From: Candidatus Marinacidobacterales bacterium
GTDB lineage: Bacteria; Acidobacteriota; Vicinamibacteria; Marinacidobacterales; DATDRI01
Direction: 5' to 3'
Assembly: GCA_965219415.1 (NCBI GenBank)
Contig: OZ244742.1
Coordinates: 192,001 to 256,000, forward strand
Length of the DNA stretch: 64,000 nucleotides
Below are positions 60,906-64,000 of the stretch, one piece after another. The notes under the pieces are model-generated. The model was not told the DNA's origin. It worked only from the letters and a program-made list of their open reading frames with translations, and ran no database searches. Made by a program: the position numbers and the translations under genes. The number at the start of each line of letters is the position of its first letter. The first letter of the stretch is position 1.

Positions 60906-63218
60906 CTAGCGGCACACCGCCCGAAACGTAAGCGGCGTGTTTCCAGGCGCAAGGTTGAGAGCGACGACGCGGATCTCTTCCTTCTCCCCACGGCGTCTCC
61001 TCACGAACGGCTCGATCGAGATCTCCAATTCCGTCTCCCCAGTCAGGGGCACGCGAAGATGTTTTGCGAAACCATGTCCATTGACCGTGACGGCATGCTC
61101 CCCCCCTGCGCCTTCGAAGCGCAGGCGTGGCAAGCCTACAGGACACGAAGGCAGAGCAGAGACCACCGTGCGCCCCGGCCTTAGTCTTTTCGCGCTCGTT
61201 CGCGGCGTGGTCGAAAGCCAAGCGCCGCTCGGTATGCGGGTCTCCGACCACGACGCGGCCAACAACATCAGCGCCACGATCGTCGTGGCCAATCCATCGA
61301 AGCGAGGCTTTTCCTTCCATCCCCACATCGCGACCGCCGCGAGTATGAGTAGGAGAACGAGTGGATAGGTAGCGCGCTGCCAGAACGACCCTGGCTCCAA
61401 CACCGAGCCCAATAGCCCGGACACGTTCACCACTCCGGAAGAAAGGAATGCGATTCGATCGTAGGGAAAGTTGCGTTCCGCCAACATCCCTTGGCCGATC
61501 CAAAAAGACGCCACCGCGCCTATGAAAAAAACCATCCAGCGAACTCTTCTCAGTTCGGGAACCCCCAACCAGGCGGCGACCCAAAGCGCCAGAATCGGCG
61601 TCATCGGCACCAGGTAGCGGCTAGCGGGCGCCCACGCTCCTGCTCCACCTTGATCATGAGAGGCCGCGATAACCAGATACGGCACGAAGACAGCGATGGA
61701 TAGAACCGCGGCGAAGCCAGACCGGCGCCAAAGGGAAACGGCACCAGGAACCGCAAGGGCATAGAGAGGGGCGTACACCAAGAGACCTTCCTCTCTCCCC
61801 AGAAGGAGATAGTAGAGTCCCGAAAGGGCTTCGCGGTTGAAGAAATGACCGCCGCGGGGATAGCCGTTCACCACCCAGAGCGTGTCGGGAAGAAGCGAGC
61901 CGCTGATGTGAAACACGTAGAGACCCTGTAGCCCCACCGCAACGACCGGCAGCACTATCGCCCAAAGCCCCACCTTCCAGCTGACGTGCTCACGCCACAT
62001 CTGGTAGACCATAGCGAGTAGGCCGACGCCTAGCATTGGGTAGTAGCGTGTGTGAAGCCAGGGCAGCACCGCCGCGGATAGGCCGAAGGCGACCGCACCA
62101 CCGAGACCGAGGCGTCGAGCTAGCAACAGCTTGAGGATCAATGCTAGACAAAGCGCCGCCGTCATCTCGGGGTAAACCTGAAAATTGTAGAAGAAGAGCG
62201 GGGGCGTAAGACTAAGGCAAACGATCAGAAGATAGGCATCGAAACGATCTCCGACGAATGGTTCGACCAGCCGCGCAATAACAATTGCGGTCACCATCCC
62301 GAGGATGAGGCAAGAAAGGATCACCAGAGGCAGCATGCCAGGGAAAAAGATCGAGTCCAGAGCCATCGCCGGTGCGATGAGAAAGGGGAAGCCCGGCAAG
62401 TAGACGTAGTAGGTGCCGCCGTCCTTCCCCCGAATCACTTGGCCTCCCAAACTTTCGGGCTCACCGCGAGATTCGCCCATCGCGACCGCGGCGACGTCTC
62501 CGATCGTCGAGAACGTAGAGGCGGTCCAGCTCAAGACGTGGGAGCCGAAACGAAACGGGGTCACCCTCCGTCCAACGTGCTCCCGGGCGTTCGCGATATT
62601 CGCATCACCGTCGTGAAGAAGGCTGGCGGTGATCCGGACGTAGCGTGGCTCGTCTCCGGTGCCCCAACGCTCGTCGTAGGGCTCGCTGAATCGCCTCTCG
62701 GGAGTCAGAACGATCAAAACCGCCAGCAGTCCAATCCCATAGAACATGGTCGCGAGCGAGCTACCCGCGAGCTGCCGCATCGGCGGGAGGCCCCCGATAT
62801 GAGCGGCAACCGAGGCGCCTTTCCTGTACAAGAGTGCGGCGCCGATAAGGGTCAGAACCCAAGGACTAGCGTCCAACAAAAGCCACCAGCCCAGCAGAGG
62901 TAATCCCGGCATTCCCGGCAACAACAGGAGGGTGTAAGCGAGTAGCGCCGTCAAGGGAACATAAGAGTCGAGACTGTTCCTCGCGGCCTTCTTCCACGGA
63001 AGTCGAAGAACTACGACGTAGAACACCGACTCCAAGAGCCACACGGTCAGGAAGGTCAGAGCTCCCAATAGTGCTGCACGGCCGGCGCCGGGAGGCATCA
63101 AAACGGCGAGCGGCTCGAGCAGAATTTCTGGACGCGCCAGATACATTGGCCGTACCAATTGGCTTACGGCGAAGACCGACGTCCCACCAGCGAACAACAG
63201 AATCCTCAGCGCCTGCAT
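60906..63218 (-). CDS. Large polytopic membrane protein, GT-C-fold glycosyltransferase-like
   Basis: GDEPRY..SLLHDGD in a periplasmic loop, QVYPE, LPWLHTRY, GLLVYAP; many TMs. Confidence 0.6.
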   Translation of the reverse strand: MQALRILLFAGGTSVFAVSQLVRPMYLARPEILLEPLAVLMPPGAGRAALLGALTFLTVWLLESVFYVVVLRLPWKKAARNSLDSYVPLTALLAYTLLLLPGMPGLPLLGWWLLLDASPWVLTLIGAALLYRKGASVAAHIGGLPPMRQLAGSSLATMFYGIGLLAVLIVLTPERRFSEPYDERWGTGDEPRYVRITASLLHDGDANIANAREHVGRRVTPFRFGSHVLSWTASTFSTIGDVAAVAMGESRGEPESLGGQVIRGKDGGTYYVYLPGFPFLIAPAMALDSIFFPGMLPLVILSCLILGMVTAIVIARLVEPFVGDRFDAYLLIVCLSLTPPLFFYNFQVYPEMTAALCLALILKLLLARRLGLGGAVAFGLSAAVLPWLHTRYYPMLGVGLLAMVYQMWREHVSWKVGLWAIVLPVVAVGLQGLYVFHISGSLLPDTLWVVNGYPRGGHFFNREALSGLYYLLLGREEGLLVYAPLYALAVPGAVSLWRRSGFAAVLSIAVFVPYLVIAASHDQGGAGAWAPASRYLVPMTPILALWVAAWLGVPELRRVRWMVFFIGAVASFWIGQGMLAERNFPYDRIAFLSSGVVNVSGLLGSVLEPGSFWQRATYPLVLLLILAAVAMWGWKEKPRFDGLATTIVALMLLAASWSETRIPSGAWLSTTPRTSAKRLRPGRTVVSALPSCPVGLPRLRFEGAGGEHAVTVNGHGFAKHLRVPLTGETELEISIEPFVRRRRGEKEEIRVVALNLAPGNTPLTFRAVCR

Positions 63219-63313
63219 CGTCCGAGGGCTATAGCCTACCGGTAGAAGTCGGCAAGAGCCACCCGCTTGCGCGTCGATTGACTCTAAGTCTCAAGCCAGT
63301 GTAGCTTTACAGA

Positions 63314-64000
63314 ATGTTGCGTTTGATGACCGCGGGCGAATCGCATGGCCGGGCCTTGAATGTGATCCTGGAAGGCTTGCCGGCCGGCATGGAGCTGGAC
63401 TTCGACGCTATCAATTACGAGTTGGCGCGCCGCCAGAAAGGTTACGGCCGCGGAGCCCGCATGAAGATCGAGCAAGACCGAGTGGAAGTCCTCGGCGGCC
63501 TACGTAGTAGTCAAACGACTGGCGGGCCGATTAGTTTTCTCATTCACAATAAAGATTGGAAGAACTGGAAGAACAAGCTGTCGCCGTACGAGAAGCCGGC
63601 GGCGGGCGCTAGCGCCGAGCTCGTGAACCCACGCCCCGGCCACGCCGACCTTGCGGGAGCCTTGAAGTACGGAGTCGACGACTTCCGAAACATTTTGGAA
63701 CGGGCCAGTGCTCGCGAAACCGCGGCCCGGGTCGCCGCCGGCGCCGTGGCGAAGCAGTTTCTGAAACACTTCGGCTGTGAGATCCGAAGTCACGTCATCG
63801 GCGTGGGCTCAGTGCAAACGCCGGACGATGCTCCCGAAGTGGACTGGGAGAAGATCATCGCGATCTCGGAGGATGCGCCCCTCAATTGCGCGGACGCGAA
63901 GCTCGAAAAGAAAATGGTCGAAGAAGTCGATCGTGCGACCAAGGAAAGGGACACTCTGGGAGGCGTCATCGAGATCATCGCGCATACTCCCCCGCCGGGC
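63314..64000 (+). CDS. aroC: Chorismate synthase (runs off the window end)
   Basis: Read from sequence: MLRLMTAGESHG, RRQKGYGRGARM, PRPGHADL, ERASARETAARVA, GDTLGG. Confidence 0.96.
   Translation, partial: MLRLMTAGESHGRALNVILEGLPAGMELDFDAINYELARRQKGYGRGARMKIEQDRVEVLGGLRSSQTTGGPISFLIHNKDWKNWKNKLSPYEKPAAGASAELVNPRPGHADLAGALKYGVDDFRNILERASARETAARVAAGAVAKQFLKHFGCEIRSHVIGVGSVQTPDDAPEVDWEKIIAISEDAPLNCADAKLEKKMVEEVDRATKERDTLGGVIEIIAHTPPPG

Overview
A GC-rich (~60%) bacterial chromosomal segment. Gene order and protein signatures suggest Acidobacteriota, but that is inference only. An intact core backbone (ihfA-merR-tRNA-Pro-surE, der, HU, msbA-yicC-gmk-coaBC-UDG-priA, galE, ugd, two surface-polysaccharide blocks, copA, msrB, sseA, aroC) is interspersed with many damaged accessory genes. 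Highlights: (1) a ~265-bp inversion (58836-59100) bounded by CGACA/TGTCG cuts an anti-sigma-factor antagonist (STAS) gene at its conserved D-S motif and removes the native start of the neighbouring membrane-protein gene, which gains a new in-frame N-terminus; (2) an intact selenoneine senA-senB pair with no senC/selD in the window; (3) selective gene decay, with four in-frame nonsense codons, several internal deletions (GH57-glgA fusion, gdhA, vapC, pfkB, amidohydrolase) and single-base frameshifts, while long housekeeping genes stay intact; (4) three genes whose conserved N-termini have no ATG/GTG/TTG start. No CRISPR array, rRNA, integrase or transposase was recognised. All family calls come from motif recognition, not database searches.
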